Origin: Candidatus Kaiserbacteria bacterium
GTDB lineage: Bacteria; Patescibacteriota; Minisyncoccia; Phycocordibacterales; UBA2100
DNA: 56,249 nt
Assembly (NCBI GenBank): GCA_016186695.1
Contig: JACPLC010000009.1
Span: forward strand, 1-56,249
Direction of reading: 5' to 3'
Under the pieces are notes generated by a model. It searched no databases. It was not told the DNA's origin and worked only from the letters and a program-made list of their open reading frames with translations. Shown here one piece after another: positions 42,462 through 51,812 of the stretch (the stretch's first letter is position 1; each line of letters begins with the position of its first letter). The translations under genes were made by a program, and so were the position numbers.

Positions 42462-45400
42462 GCGCGGTACTCAGACCAGGACTTTGCTTTTAATCCGTTT
42501 CCTTTTTGCTCATGCAGCGCGGTCACGAATGCTTCGGCGAGCTGGCGATTCGTGATGAGGGGAATGTTCATGTCGATTGCTTTGCGGCGGATGATGAAAC
42601 CGTCGGTATTTTCGCGCTCATAGGCGCGCGTGGGAATATTTATAATGAGATCGATCGCGCCTTGCTCCATGAGCGAGAGGACGTTTGGTTCCTGTCCGGT
42701 ACTGATTTTGAATACCTTTTCGCAGGGAACGCCGTTGGCGGCAAGGAAATCGGCCGTATGCTCAGTCGCGAAGAGTTTGAATTTCATATTCACGAGCATT
42801 TGCATTGCCGGCAAAAGCTTTAATTTGTTTTCCTCTTTTCCGAGGGAGACGAGGACGTTTCGCTTGGGCAGCCTGAAACCGGCTGCGAGCATGGATTTGA
42901 GAAGCGCCTCGCCGTAAGAATCACCGAAGCAAGCGACCTCACCCGTCGAGGCCATCTCGACGAACGAGCGCGGATCGGCGCCCTTGATGCGGCCGTATGA
43001 AAACTGTGGCGATTTTACGGCGACGTAGTCGAGTTCGAGCGTGCGGTACCGTTCTTTCGTTCCTTCGCCGAGCATCGCGCGCGTCGCGATATCAATGAAG
43101 TTGTGGCCGGTTACTTTTGAAACGAAGGGGAACGAGCGCGAGGCGCGTACGTTGCACTCGATAACCTGCAGGCGATTGTCTTTCGCAATGAATTGCACGT
43201 TGAAGGGGCCCGTTATCTTGAGCTCGCGGACGATCGCTTTCGTTACGTCTTTTACGCGGCGAATCGTCTCGAGGTACGTGCGCTGTGGCGGCAAGACGAC
43301 GGTCGCGTCGCCGGAGTGTGTACCCGCGTTTTCGACGTGTTCTGTAATTGCGTAGATGAGCAGCGAGCCGCGCGCGGCGACGCCGTCTATCTCTATCTCA
43401 CGCGCATTTTCGATGAATTTTGAGATGACGACGGGGTGATCGGGTGAAACGTCTGCCGCGCGCTTGAGATATTTCAGCAGCGACTCGCGGTTTAAAGCAA
43501 CGCTCATCGCGGCGCCCGATAGTACGTATGAGGGTCGCACGAGCACGGGGTAGCCAAATTTTTCAGCAGCTTTGACGGCCGCGCTCGGGCTCGTGAGCTC
43601 TGCCCATGCCGGCTGGTCGACGTCGAGCGTGTCGAGGAGTTTCGAGAACGCATGGCGATTTTCGGCGCGATCAATATTGCGCGGGTCGGTGCCAAAAACA
43701 TGAACGCCCGCTTTTTGAAGGGGAAGTGCGAGGTTGTTCGGTATCTGGCCACCGGTCGAGACGACGACACCTTTCGGCTTTTCAAACTCCACGATATCCA
43801 AGACACGCTCCAGCGAAAGCTCCTCGAAGTACAGCCGGTCCGACATATCGTAATCGGTCGAGACGGTCTCGGGATTCGAATTTATCATGATGGTCTCATA
43901 CCCTTTTTCGCCGAGCGTGCGGAGCGCCTGCACGCCCGACCAGTCGAATTCTACCGACGAGCCGATCGCATACGGGCCGCTGCCAAGCACGATTGCCTGA
44001 TTTTTCCCATGCTCGATATCGTGTTCTGCTCCGTGGTAGGTGAGGTAGAGGTAGTTTGTCTTTGCCGGAAATTCGCCCGCCAAGGTATCTATCTGTTTGA
44101 TGGAAGGCAGTACGCCGAGCTTCTTGCGAAGCGCACGTACCTTTGCCTCGTTTGTCTTTTTAAGTGCGGCGATATCGCGATCGGAAAAACCTTTTTGTTT
44201 GGCTTCGCGCATGAGCGCCGGCGTGAGTTTGCCGCGGCGCAATTTTGCTTCGAGCTCAACGATATTTTTTATCTTCTCGAGAAACCACACATCAATGTGC
44301 GAAAGCTGGTGGATTTTCCCGACCGATACGCCTTTTCGCAGTGCCCCAAAGATCGCGTGGATGCGATTCGTGGTCGGGTGCCGTATATCCTCCAAAAGTG
44401 CGCCGACCGGCCGTGCAAGATAAGCTTTGTCCAAAGGGACGTTCAGCATGCGGAGCGCTTTCTGCAAGACCTCCTCAAAACTCCGGCCGATTGCCATGAC
44501 CTCACCGACACTCTTCATCTCGCTTCCGATCTTTGATGTCGCGTTATCGAATTTCGTAATGTCCCAGCGTGGAACTTTGAGGACGAGATAATCGAGCGCG
44601 GGTTCGAAGCACGCGGTGGTCTGTTTTGTCACTGAATTTTTCAGCTCTGGGAGTGTATACCCAAGCGCGAGCTTCGCTGCGACATGTGCGAGCGGATAAC
44701 CGGTCGCCTTGGAGGCAAGCGCCGAGGAGCGCGAGAGGCGTGCGTTCACCTCTATAACGCGGTAGTCGCCTGTTTTGGGGTGGAGTGCGTACTGAATGTT
44801 GCACTCGCCGACGATGCCAAGATGCCTAATGACTCGTATCGCGATCCCCCGCAAGGCATGGTACTCCTGATTGTTTAGCGTCTGCGAAGGAGCAACCACG
44901 AATGATTCACCGGTGTGAATGCCCATCGGATCGATGTTCTCCATGTTGCACACCGTGATGCAGTTGTCGGCGCGGTCGCGCACTACTTCGTATTCGATTT
45001 CTTTCCAGCCGCCGACGTATTCCTCGATGAGAACCTGCGGCGTCGAGCGGAACACTTCTTTGAGCTTTTCGGAGAGCATTTTTGCGTCCCGCACAACACC
45101 CGATCCTTCGCCCCCCAAGGCAAATCCTGCACGCATCATGAGAGGGTAGCCGATTTCCTCAGCCGCTTTCAGCGCAGCGGAAATAGTTGATGCGGCGCGG
45201 CTCTTCGGTGTTGATACATTGATTTCGTTCAGTCGCCGTACAAAGAGATCGCGGTCTTCCGTGTCGCGGATTGCCGCAACAGGCGTACCGAGCACGCGTA
45301 CCCCGTACTTTTTTAGCGTGCCGCTCTTTTCGAGCGCGAGACCGAGGTTGAGCGCGGTCTGGCCGCCGAAGCCGAGGAGGATGCCATCAGGCCGCTCTTT

Positions 45401-45697
45401 TTTGATGACCTGCACGGCGAACTGTTCGGTAAGAGGCAGGAAGTAGACGGTGTCAGCGAGTTTCTCACCCTCCTTCGCCCCGTCCTTCGCATGAAGCTTC
45501 GGAGGGCGCGGCAAGGCTCCGAAGGGCAGGTCCGTCTGAATCGTCGCAATGTTGGGATTGATGAGAACCACCTTCACGCCCTCCTCTTTGAGGGCTTTGA
45601 TAGCCTGCGAGCCGGAGTAATCGAATTCGCCGGCCTGGCCTATTTTCAAGCCTCCGCTTCCAAGTATGAGAACTTTTTTTGGTTTGCGCATACTCAT
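42458..45697 (-). CDS. carB: Carbamoyl-phosphate synthase large subunit
   Basis: 1079 aa. GQAGEFDYSGSQA, two ATP-grasp halves, MGS-like C-terminus. Confidence 0.95.
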   Translation of the reverse strand: MSMRKPKKVLILGSGGLKIGQAGEFDYSGSQAIKALKEEGVKVVLINPNIATIQTDLPFGALPRPPKLHAKDGAKEGEKLADTVYFLPLTEQFAVQVIKKERPDGILLGFGGQTALNLGLALEKSGTLKKYGVRVLGTPVAAIRDTEDRDLFVRRLNEINVSTPKSRAASTISAALKAAEEIGYPLMMRAGFALGGEGSGVVRDAKMLSEKLKEVFRSTPQVLIEEYVGGWKEIEYEVVRDRADNCITVCNMENIDPMGIHTGESFVVAPSQTLNNQEYHALRGIAIRVIRHLGIVGECNIQYALHPKTGDYRVIEVNARLSRSSALASKATGYPLAHVAAKLALGYTLPELKNSVTKQTTACFEPALDYLVLKVPRWDITKFDNATSKIGSEMKSVGEVMAIGRSFEEVLQKALRMLNVPLDKAYLARPVGALLEDIRHPTTNRIHAIFGALRKGVSVGKIHQLSHIDVWFLEKIKNIVELEAKLRRGKLTPALMREAKQKGFSDRDIAALKKTNEAKVRALRKKLGVLPSIKQIDTLAGEFPAKTNYLYLTYHGAEHDIEHGKNQAIVLGSGPYAIGSSVEFDWSGVQALRTLGEKGYETIMINSNPETVSTDYDMSDRLYFEELSLERVLDIVEFEKPKGVVVSTGGQIPNNLALPLQKAGVHVFGTDPRNIDRAENRHAFSKLLDTLDVDQPAWAELTSPSAAVKAAEKFGYPVLVRPSYVLSGAAMSVALNRESLLKYLKRAADVSPDHPVVISKFIENAREIEIDGVAARGSLLIYAITEHVENAGTHSGDATVVLPPQRTYLETIRRVKDVTKAIVRELKITGPFNVQFIAKDNRLQVIECNVRASRSFPFVSKVTGHNFIDIATRAMLGEGTKERYRTLELDYVAVKSPQFSYGRIKGADPRSFVEMASTGEVACFGDSYGEALLKSMLAAGFRLPKRNVLVSLGKEENKLKLLPAMQMLVNMKFKLFATEHTADFLAANGVPCEKVFKISTGQEPNVLSLMEQGAIDLIINIPTRAYERENTDGFIIRRKAIDMNIPLITNRQLAEAFVTALHEQKGNGLKAKSWSEYRA
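45468..45530. repeat. Family-B repeat inserted in frame in carB (antisense orientation relative to the gene)
   Basis: ccctccttcgccccgtccttcgcatgaagcttcggagggcgcggcaaggctccgaagggcagg. The gene-sense translation LPFGALPRPPKLHAKDGAKEGEK interrupts the conserved ...IATIQTD / LADTVYF. Confidence 0.75.
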
Positions 45698-46827
45698 TTC
45701 TTAAGGCTCGCGATGAATTCGTCGAAAATCCACGCCGTATCAGTGGGGCCCGGAGATGCCTCGGGGTGAAATTGCACCGAGCGCCATGGCTTCGTTTTGT
45801 GGAGCATGCCCTCATTGCTGTCGTCGTTAGCATTTACAAACCACTCCTCCCAGCCCGCGGGCAGTGATTTCCCGTCTACCGCGTATCCGTGGTTTTGCGA
45901 GGTGATGTAACACCTGCCCTTCGTAGCTTTACTGTGTCCGTCCGAAGCCTTGCGCGAAGGAGGAGCGAAGGAGGGGCGGCCTATGAGGTCGATACAAGGT
46001 TGATTTTGCGAACGATGCCCGTACTTCAGCTTGTATGTCTTTGCACCTGCGGCGAGGGCAAGAAGCTGATTGCCGAGGCACACGCCGAGGATGGGCTTGT
46101 TCTCTTTCATCGCAGCGCGGATGTGCTCAATCGTTTTTTCGGCCATGATCGGATCGCCGGGACCGTTCGAAATGAGAAGGCCGTGGTATCTTTCTTTTGA
46201 GAAGTCGTAATCCCACGGTACGCGGATGACGGTCGCGCCGCGCGTGAGCAAGGAGCGCACAATGTTTTCTTTCATCCCGCAGTCGACTGCAATGATCTTG
46301 ATGCGGCCCTTGCCGTATATTTTTTTCTTTTTTATGCTGACGCGCGCGACGAGATTCTCCTGATTCGGATCTTTAAATATGGACACGCCGTGTCCATATT
46401 TTGTACTAGAAAGATACCCGAGTATCACACCGTGCTCGCGCAGTCGTTTCGTGAGCGCGCGGGTGTCTACACCACTCATCGCGGGAACACCTGATTTTTT
46501 CAGCCAATCGGCAAGTGAGCGCTTGGCGGTTGCATGCGAGTATTTTTCGGAATATTCGGATACGACGAGGCCCGCAATTTGAATTTTCCGCGACTCGAAA
46601 GGAGAGGCGTCGGGCTTGCCCTCCGAAGCCTTGGCGAAGGAGGGAACGCCGTAGTTGCCGATGAGGGGATAGGTACACACTAGTATTTGTCCGGCATACG
46701 ATGGATCCGTAAAAGCTTCGGGGTAACCAACCATGCCGGTCGCGAAGACAACCTCGCCGGCGACCGAGCGGTTTGCACCAAAACTCTTGCCCTCGATAGT
46801 CGTACCGTCTTTTAACAACAATTTCAT
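45694..46827 (-). CDS. carA: Carbamoyl-phosphate synthase small subunit (glutaminase)
   Basis: LLKDGTTIEGKSFG, TDPSYAGQI, GVCLGNQ (catalytic Cys), QFHPE. 4-nt overlap with carB. Confidence 0.92.
   Translation of the reverse strand: MKLLLKDGTTIEGKSFGANRSVAGEVVFATGMVGYPEAFTDPSYAGQILVCTYPLIGNYGVPSFAKASEGKPDASPFESRKIQIAGLVVSEYSEKYSHATAKRSLADWLKKSGVPAMSGVDTRALTKRLREHGVILGYLSSTKYGHGVSIFKDPNQENLVARVSIKKKKIYGKGRIKIIAVDCGMKENIVRSLLTRGATVIRVPWDYDFSKERYHGLLISNGPGDPIMAEKTIEHIRAAMKENKPILGVCLGNQLLALAAGAKTYKLKYGHRSQNQPCIDLIGRPSFAPPSRKASDGHSKATKGRCYITSQNHGYAVDGKSLPAGWEEWFVNANDDSNEGMLHKTKPWRSVQFHPEASPGPTDTAWIFDEFIASLKK
45913..45975. repeat. Family-B repeat inserted in frame in carA (copy 1)
   Basis: The gene-sense translation RPSFAPPSRKASDGHSKATKG interrupts the conserved GHRSQNQP..D...G / YITSQNHGYAV. 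Confidence 0.75.
46596..46645. repeat. Family-B repeat (short variant) inserted in frame in carA (copy 2)
   Basis: The gene-sense sequence ccctccttcgccaaggcttcggagggcaag... encodes PSFAKASEGKPDASP, inserted after the conserved IGNYGV. Confidence 0.7.
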
Positions 46828-46836
46828 ATGCAAATA

Positions 46837-46857
46837 TATGGATGTGCGACATCCATA
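46837..46857. promoter_or_regulatory. 21-bp palindrome immediately upstream of carA (candidate operator or 5' hairpin)
   Basis: tatggatgt-gcg-acatccata, 10-30 nt upstream of the carA ATG (46827). Confidence 0.4.
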
Positions 46858-46870
46858 ATATTCGGGTTAG

Positions 46871-46893
46871 AAAAAAGCCCGCTTTCGGCGGGC
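46871..46893 (-). terminator. Rho-independent terminator (minus strand)
   Basis: On the minus strand, gcccgc-cgaaa-gcgggc is followed by tttttt. Confidence 0.65.
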
Positions 46894-46982
46894 GTGAGCC
46901 TGGAGTAGAAAAATACACCCTCGCGGGTGTCCTTGTGTATCAACCTCTTGGAGTCCATTAAAGCCCAAGCTTATCTGTATGC

Positions 46983-47354
46983 TTACAAAAAGTCAAGGCC
47001 GAAAAAAGCCCCGGGAAGTGTCCGGGGCTTCGCAGTGCACTTACCGATCATCGTGCGGAAAATCGGATTGTAGAACAGAATACGACTACATTCGAATCGC
47101 GTACGGAAAAGGGCATCTCCGAGATTTACGGAGTCTTTTTCCATAAAGAACCGATCTCCTTTACAATCCAGCATGATGCCGACACGACCTCTGCCGTCGA
47201 AGGACAACACAAGACCATTGGATTCGCACTCGATTAGAGTCTCGTTCGCGATTGCCTGTTTCCAGTCGGCGAAAATCAAGATTGTAGCAACCGCAATACC
47301 CATAGCGACGACACCGATGACAAGGATGTGTTTAAGTCGCATGACCGTCTCCAC
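46983..47354 (-). CDS. Hypothetical membrane-anchored protein
   Basis: N-terminal TM helix (ILVIGVVAMGIAVATILIF). The start is GTG 47354 or ATG 47342 (GGAGA Shine-Dalgarno). No family recognised. Confidence 0.4.
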   Translation of the reverse strand: METVMRLKHILVIGVVAMGIAVATILIFADWKQAIANETLIECESNGLVLSFDGRGRVGIMLDCKGDRFFMEKDSVNLGDALFRTRFECSRILFYNPIFRTMIGKCTAKPRTLPGAFFGLDFL

Positions 47355-47462
47355 ATACGAGTGTTCAGGATTTCATTCCAGACATACTGTGCGGCTCTTT
47401 GACATTGGCGTCAACTATTGAGATATGAACAACAACTTTGCGTCTTGTGTATACTCTCCGTC

Positions 47463-48785
47463 ATGATTCGAAGAGAACTTAAAAAATACAGGTTGCCGGA
47501 TGGGCCGGGAGTATACCTCTTCAAAAAAGGGCGGAAAATCCTGTATATAGGCAAGGCAGCATCTCTCCGTGACAGAGTGCGAAGCTACTTTTCTGCGGAT
47601 CTCGTGAATGGTCGAGGACAGGCCATTGTTGGTATGGTAGATGATGCCACGTCTGTTTCCTACCAAAAAACGGATTCTGTCTTGGAAGCACTTCTCCTCG
47701 AAGCGAGTCTTATAAAGCGTCATCAACCTCCTTTCAATATCGAGCAGAAAGACAACAAAAGCTGGAACTACGTTGTCATCACGAAGGAACCCGCCCGACC
47801 GGACGACTCCGGTCGTTCGGGCGGGGCTTTTCCGCGGGTTCTCATTGTTCGCGGTCGCGAACTGTATCAGGGGTGGGACAAGGCTGATATCAAACACCTC
47901 TTCGGACCGTTCCCGCACGGCGGGCAGTTGCGTGATGCAATGAAAATGGTCCGCCGGATATTTCCATTTCGCGACAGATGCACACCATGCGACGGGCAAC
48001 TTCGTCGAACAACACCACATTCTAATTCGCGCGAATTAGAATATAAGGATGGGAAAGTTCGGGAATGCAAACCGTGTTTTAATCGGCAGATTGGTTTGTG
48101 TCCCGGCGTGTGCTCGGGCGAAATGACAAAAGAAAAATACGCACAGACGATTCGCAGCATCCGCGAGCTCTTCTCAGGTAATTTCAAAGGCTTGAAGCGC
48201 CGGCTTGCGCGCGAAATGAAGGAGGCTGTAAAGCGCGAGGACTTTGAGGAGGCGGAGAAACTGCGCAGGCAGATCTCTGCGCTTGAACACGTGCGCGATG
48301 TCTCGCTCATTAAGAATGAAAAGCTTGTTTCTGCCGGTGGTGGAACGCGCATCGAAGCGTTTGACATCGCACACACTGCAGGGAAGGAGACTGTCGGCGT
48401 GATGACCGTCCTCGACAACGGCGAGCCATACAAAGCAGCGTACAGAAAGTTCAACGTCCGAACGGCAACGAACGATGATATTGCCGCACTGAAAGAAGTT
48501 TTGTCGCGCCGCCTGAATCATTCCGAGTGGCCTCTGCCGCGTGTTTTCGTTGTCGACGGCGGCAAGGCGCAACTGCGGGCCGCGGGCATTGTGCTGAAAA
48601 GCGCGGGCGTTATGATTCCTGTTGTCGGTGTCGTGAAAGACGAATTTCACCGTCCGGAACGGGTGATAGGCGATGAACGCATGATTCAGGCGCACGAACG
48701 CGATATTTTACTTGCCAACAATGAAGCCCACCGGTTTGCCATCGGATTTCACCGCGCACGCCAGCGAAAAAGTTTTGGACGGTGA
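47463..48785 (+). CDS. uvrC: Excinuclease ABC subunit C, short form lacking the C-terminal (HhH)2 domain
   Basis: GIY-YIG domain (GPGVYLFKKGRKILYIGKA...LLEASLIKRHQPPFN), UVR domain (FEEAEKLRRQISALEHV), nuclease domain ending ...NEAHRFAIGFHRARQRK. Confidence 0.88.
   Translation: MIRRELKKYRLPDGPGVYLFKKGRKILYIGKAASLRDRVRSYFSADLVNGRGQAIVGMVDDATSVSYQKTDSVLEALLLEASLIKRHQPPFNIEQKDNKSWNYVVITKEPARPDDSGRSGGAFPRVLIVRGRELYQGWDKADIKHLFGPFPHGGQLRDAMKMVRRIFPFRDRCTPCDGQLRRTTPHSNSRELEYKDGKVRECKPCFNRQIGLCPGVCSGEMTKEKYAQTIRSIRELFSGNFKGLKRRLAREMKEAVKREDFEEAEKLRRQISALEHVRDVSLIKNEKLVSAGGGTRIEAFDIAHTAGKETVGVMTVLDNGEPYKAAYRKFNVRTATNDDIAALKEVLSRRLNHSEWPLPRVFVVDGGKAQLRAAGIVLKSAGVMIPVVGVVKDEFHRPERVIGDERMIQAHERDILLANNEAHRFAIGFHRARQRKSFGR
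47790..47825. repeat. Family-A hairpin repeat inserted in frame in uvrC
   Basis: cccgcccgaccggacgactccggtcgttcgggcggg is identical to 51900-51935. It encodes PARPDDSGRSGG between the conserved ITKE and FPRV. Confidence 0.85.
48019..48042. repeat. 24-bp perfect palindrome inserted in frame in uvrC
   Basis: attctaattcgc|gcgaattagaat encodes HSNSRELE. Its 20-mer core recurs at 17888-17907. Confidence 0.8.
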
Positions 48786-48837
48786 TATACCCCATGAGAT
48801 GGCGGCGAATGCCTATCTCACGGGGTATACTAGCGGC

Positions 48838-49809
48838 ATGGCGCGGACGATTGTCGGAGTGCTGCGGGGAGGCACGTCGAGCGAATATCCGCTTTCGCTG
48901 AAGACGGGAGCGGCTGTGATGGCCGCGCTGCCGCAGGAACAGTACGAAACGCGGGATATTTTGATTGACAAAGGCGGCACATGGCATTTACGCGGTATGC
49001 CTTCGACTCCTGTGCACGCGCTCATGCAGGTGGATGTCATCCTGAACGCGCTCCACGGTGGCATAGGGGAGGACGGGACGGTACAGCGGATTTTGGATCG
49101 TGTCGGCATTCCATATGCAGGTTCGCGCGCACTTCCTGCCGGTATTTCACTCAATAAAATCCGCGCGCGTGAGGCGCTCACGGCCGCAAAGATCCCGATG
49201 CCGCGCGCCGTTGCGTTCAGTTTGCACAATCGCATGGATACACGCGAGATGGCAGACGCCGTCTTTGCCCACTTTGGCCCTCCCTACATGGTGAAGCCGC
49301 CTGCGGAAGGTTCTTCGCGCGGCATCCGCTACGTCGCCACCATAGCAGCGCTTCCCGAAGCGATCGGAGACATACTCGATGAGTTTGGCGCGGCGCTTAT
49401 CGAGGAGTATCTGCTCGGCGAGCACGCGACGATCGGTGTCATCGAAAACTTTCGCAACGAACCGCTCTACGCGCTCACTCCTGCACACATCGATCTGCCT
49501 GAAGGCGCATGGTATTACGATCCGCACGCGGAAGGCGAGCGTGCGCGGCACCTCGTCCCGAGCCGCTTTTCGCGCGAGCTAAAGGAAGCAATCGCGGACG
49601 TTGCACGAAAAGCACACCGCGTACTTTCGCTTGCGCATTTTTCTGATGCCGATTTCGTTGTCACGCGGCGCGGCCCGTATCTTCTTGAAATGAACGCGAA
49701 CCCCCACCTCTACGAAGATGCCGCGTTCCCGCACATGCTTGAAGCCGTCGGTTCGTCACTGCGTGAATTCCTCGAACACTCGATATTGCTTGCGCGGAAG
49801 GGGATTTAG
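48838..49809 (+). CDS. ddl: D-alanine--D-alanine ligase
   Basis: IVGVLRGGTSSEYPLSLKTG, LHGGIGEDGTVQ..L...GIPY.GS, ATP-grasp region, EMNANP. Confidence 0.85.
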   Translation: MARTIVGVLRGGTSSEYPLSLKTGAAVMAALPQEQYETRDILIDKGGTWHLRGMPSTPVHALMQVDVILNALHGGIGEDGTVQRILDRVGIPYAGSRALPAGISLNKIRAREALTAAKIPMPRAVAFSLHNRMDTREMADAVFAHFGPPYMVKPPAEGSSRGIRYVATIAALPEAIGDILDEFGAALIEEYLLGEHATIGVIENFRNEPLYALTPAHIDLPEGAWYYDPHAEGERARHLVPSRFSRELKEAIADVARKAHRVLSLAHFSDADFVVTRRGPYLLEMNANPHLYEDAAFPHMLEAVGSSLREFLEHSILLARKGI

Positions 49810-50381
49810 AGCGAAAGAAAATATTGGTGAAGTGCGGTAGCTCCGGTGAGTTCCGGATGGAACGAGGTGACAAGTATCTTGCCTTGCTGAGCGGCGACAA
49901 TGCGCTTGTCGGGTAATCTTGCGAGAACTTCAACATCTTTGCCGGGTGACTCAAAAACCGGCGCGCGGATGAAAAGCACAGGGATTGGCTTTCGATCGAC
50001 CTTCGGCATAAAAATCTTGGCCTCGAAACTTTCGAGCTGTCTCCCGAATGCATTGCGTCGCGCAGTAATGTCCATCACTTTGAGATGCGCTTGACCTTTT
50101 TCAGGGTCGGCAATGCGTTTTGCCATCGCAATCCCGCCAGCACACGTACCCCACACAGGCGTTCCTTTTTTTATTCGTGCGCGGATTGGCTGAAGGAGTT
50201 TGGAGGTCACAAGAAGTTTGCCGATCGTCGTGCTTTCACCTCCGGGGATAATGAGACGGCCGACACGTTCAAGGTCACGAGGAAGCCTGACTTGGATCGC
50301 AGGAACACCGAGCTTCGCAAGAATGTCGAGATGCTCCTGAAAATCTCCTTGGAGTGCAAGAACACCGACGGTTTCTTTCAT
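49806..50381 (-). CDS. pdxT: Pyridoxal 5'-phosphate synthase glutaminase subunit
   Basis: VGVLALQGDFQEHL, PGGESTT, WGTCAGGI (catalytic Cys), SFHPELT. Confidence 0.88.
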   Translation of the reverse strand: MKETVGVLALQGDFQEHLDILAKLGVPAIQVRLPRDLERVGRLIIPGGESTTIGKLLVTSKLLQPIRARIKKGTPVWGTCAGGIAMAKRIADPEKGQAHLKVMDITARRNAFGRQLESFEAKIFMPKVDRKPIPVLFIRAPVFESPGKDVEVLARLPDKRIVAAQQGKILVTSFHPELTGATALHQYFLSL

Positions 50382-50382
50382 G

Positions 50383-51285
50383 CTATATACCGCGTCGTGC
50401 AAGACGCTCTCCCTCTGCGAGCGTGGAAAGTTCAATGCCGCGCATCGGCTCGCCTAAACCCTCGCTCACTTTTGCAAGGATGTCGGGATTATCGAAATGG
50501 GTTGTCGCCTCGACGATTGCTTTCGCACGCTTGCGGGGATTTGCCGATTTGAAGATGCCAGAGCCGACGAAGATGCCTTCGACGCCCAACTGCATCATGA
50601 GTGCCGCGTCGGCGGGTGTTGCGATGCCTCCCGCAGAAAAATTAACGACCGGGAGTTTTCCGCTCTTTGCGGCGCGCGCGATGAGCTCCGTGGGAACTCG
50701 GTATTCTTTTGCTTTTGCGCGTAATTGCTTCGCACTCATCTTTTTGAGCGCGGCCAATTGAGAGTAAACGGCGCGCGCTTGTCGAACGGCCTCGACGACG
50801 TTGCCCGTACCCGCTTCGCCTTTTGTGCGAAGCATCGCCGCGCCTTCGTTCACGCGTCGCAGGGCTTCTCCGAGATCGCGGCAGCCGCACACGAAGGGGA
50901 CATTGAATGCTCGTTTGTCGATATGGTGTTCTTCGTCGGCAGGGGTCAGCACTTCGCTCTCGTCGATGTAATCAACGCCGAGTGATTCCAAGATCTGCGC
51001 CTCGACGAAATGCCCGATGCGCACCTTTGCCATGACAGGGATAGTGACGGCTTTCATGATGCTTTTGATGAGTTTCGGATCGCTCATGCGCGCAACGCCG
51101 CCTTCTTTGCGGATGTCGGCAGGCACACGCTCGAGTGCCATCACCGCGACCGCTCCCGCATCCTCGGCGATCTTTGCGTGCTCGGCCGTTACGACGTCCA
51201 TGATGACACCGCCTTTGAGCATCTGTGCAAGACCAGATTTCACCCCGAACGTATTCATTTTCGTCATCGAAGATTTCTTTACCAT
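50383..51285 (-). CDS. pdxS: Pyridoxal 5'-phosphate synthase lyase subunit
   Basis: [49 protein letters not shown]. The start is uncertain between 51285 and 51267. Confidence 0.9.
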   Translation of the reverse strand: MVKKSSMTKMNTFGVKSGLAQMLKGGVIMDVVTAEHAKIAEDAGAVAVMALERVPADIRKEGGVARMSDPKLIKSIMKAVTIPVMAKVRIGHFVEAQILESLGVDYIDESEVLTPADEEHHIDKRAFNVPFVCGCRDLGEALRRVNEGAAMLRTKGEAGTGNVVEAVRQARAVYSQLAALKKMSAKQLRAKAKEYRVPTELIARAAKSGKLPVVNFSAGGIATPADAALMMQLGVEGIFVGSGIFKSANPRKRAKAIVEATTHFDNPDILAKVSEGLGEPMRGIELSTLAEGERLARRGI

Positions 51286-51344
51286 ATCTTTGGATGGCTC
51301 ACTATACCTTGTGACGAACTCACGCTCAACCACACGACTTCAGC

Positions 51345-51372
51345 CTTGACCAATAGTATGATATATCATACT
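51345..51372 (+). promoter_or_regulatory. Promoter TTGACC-16-CATACT overlapping an 18-bp perfect palindrome (operator candidate)
   Basis: TTGACC at 51345-51350. The palindrome AGTATGATATATCATACT at 51355-51372 contains the -10-like CATACT. Confidence 0.5.
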
Positions 51373-51379
51373 CATACGT

Positions 51380-51811
51380 ATGAAAGTTAAGGCACGTGAA
51401 CTGACGAAAGAGGATCGCATCTTGGTTCTTGATGCTCTCTATACCGCCGCTGCCACTGTGAAAGGACGAGCCGCTATGAAATTGTTCTTACGGGACCTTC
51501 TGACTGAAAGCGAACGAATAATGCTCGGAAGGAGGATTTTAATCGCGCGGAGACTTATTGCGGGTGAGACTTTTGAGGATATCAACGATGTGCTACATGT
51601 GGGACGCGATACGGTATGGAAGGTGCAGCGCTGGTTGCAGGATCAATTTCCAGGATACGAAAAGGCTATTAAGGATATGGAGGTCGTGTTTGCCGAGCGG
51701 AAGAGGAAATTCGACGACAAACGTCTCTACGCGACAAGTGCCCTATATCGGTTGAAAAAGAAATATCCACTACATTTTCTGCTGTTTCCGTGGCCGAAGA
51801 TCAAAGATTGA
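51380..51811 (+). CDS. TrpR-related (YerC/YecD-like) HTH protein
   Basis: LFLRDLLTESERIMLGRRILIARRLIAGETFEDINDVLHVGRDTVWKVQRWL. Confidence 0.6.
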   Translation: MKVKARELTKEDRILVLDALYTAAATVKGRAAMKLFLRDLLTESERIMLGRRILIARRLIAGETFEDINDVLHVGRDTVWKVQRWLQDQFPGYEKAIKDMEVVFAERKRKFDDKRLYATSALYRLKKKYPLHFLLFPWPKIKD

Positions 51812-51812
51812 C

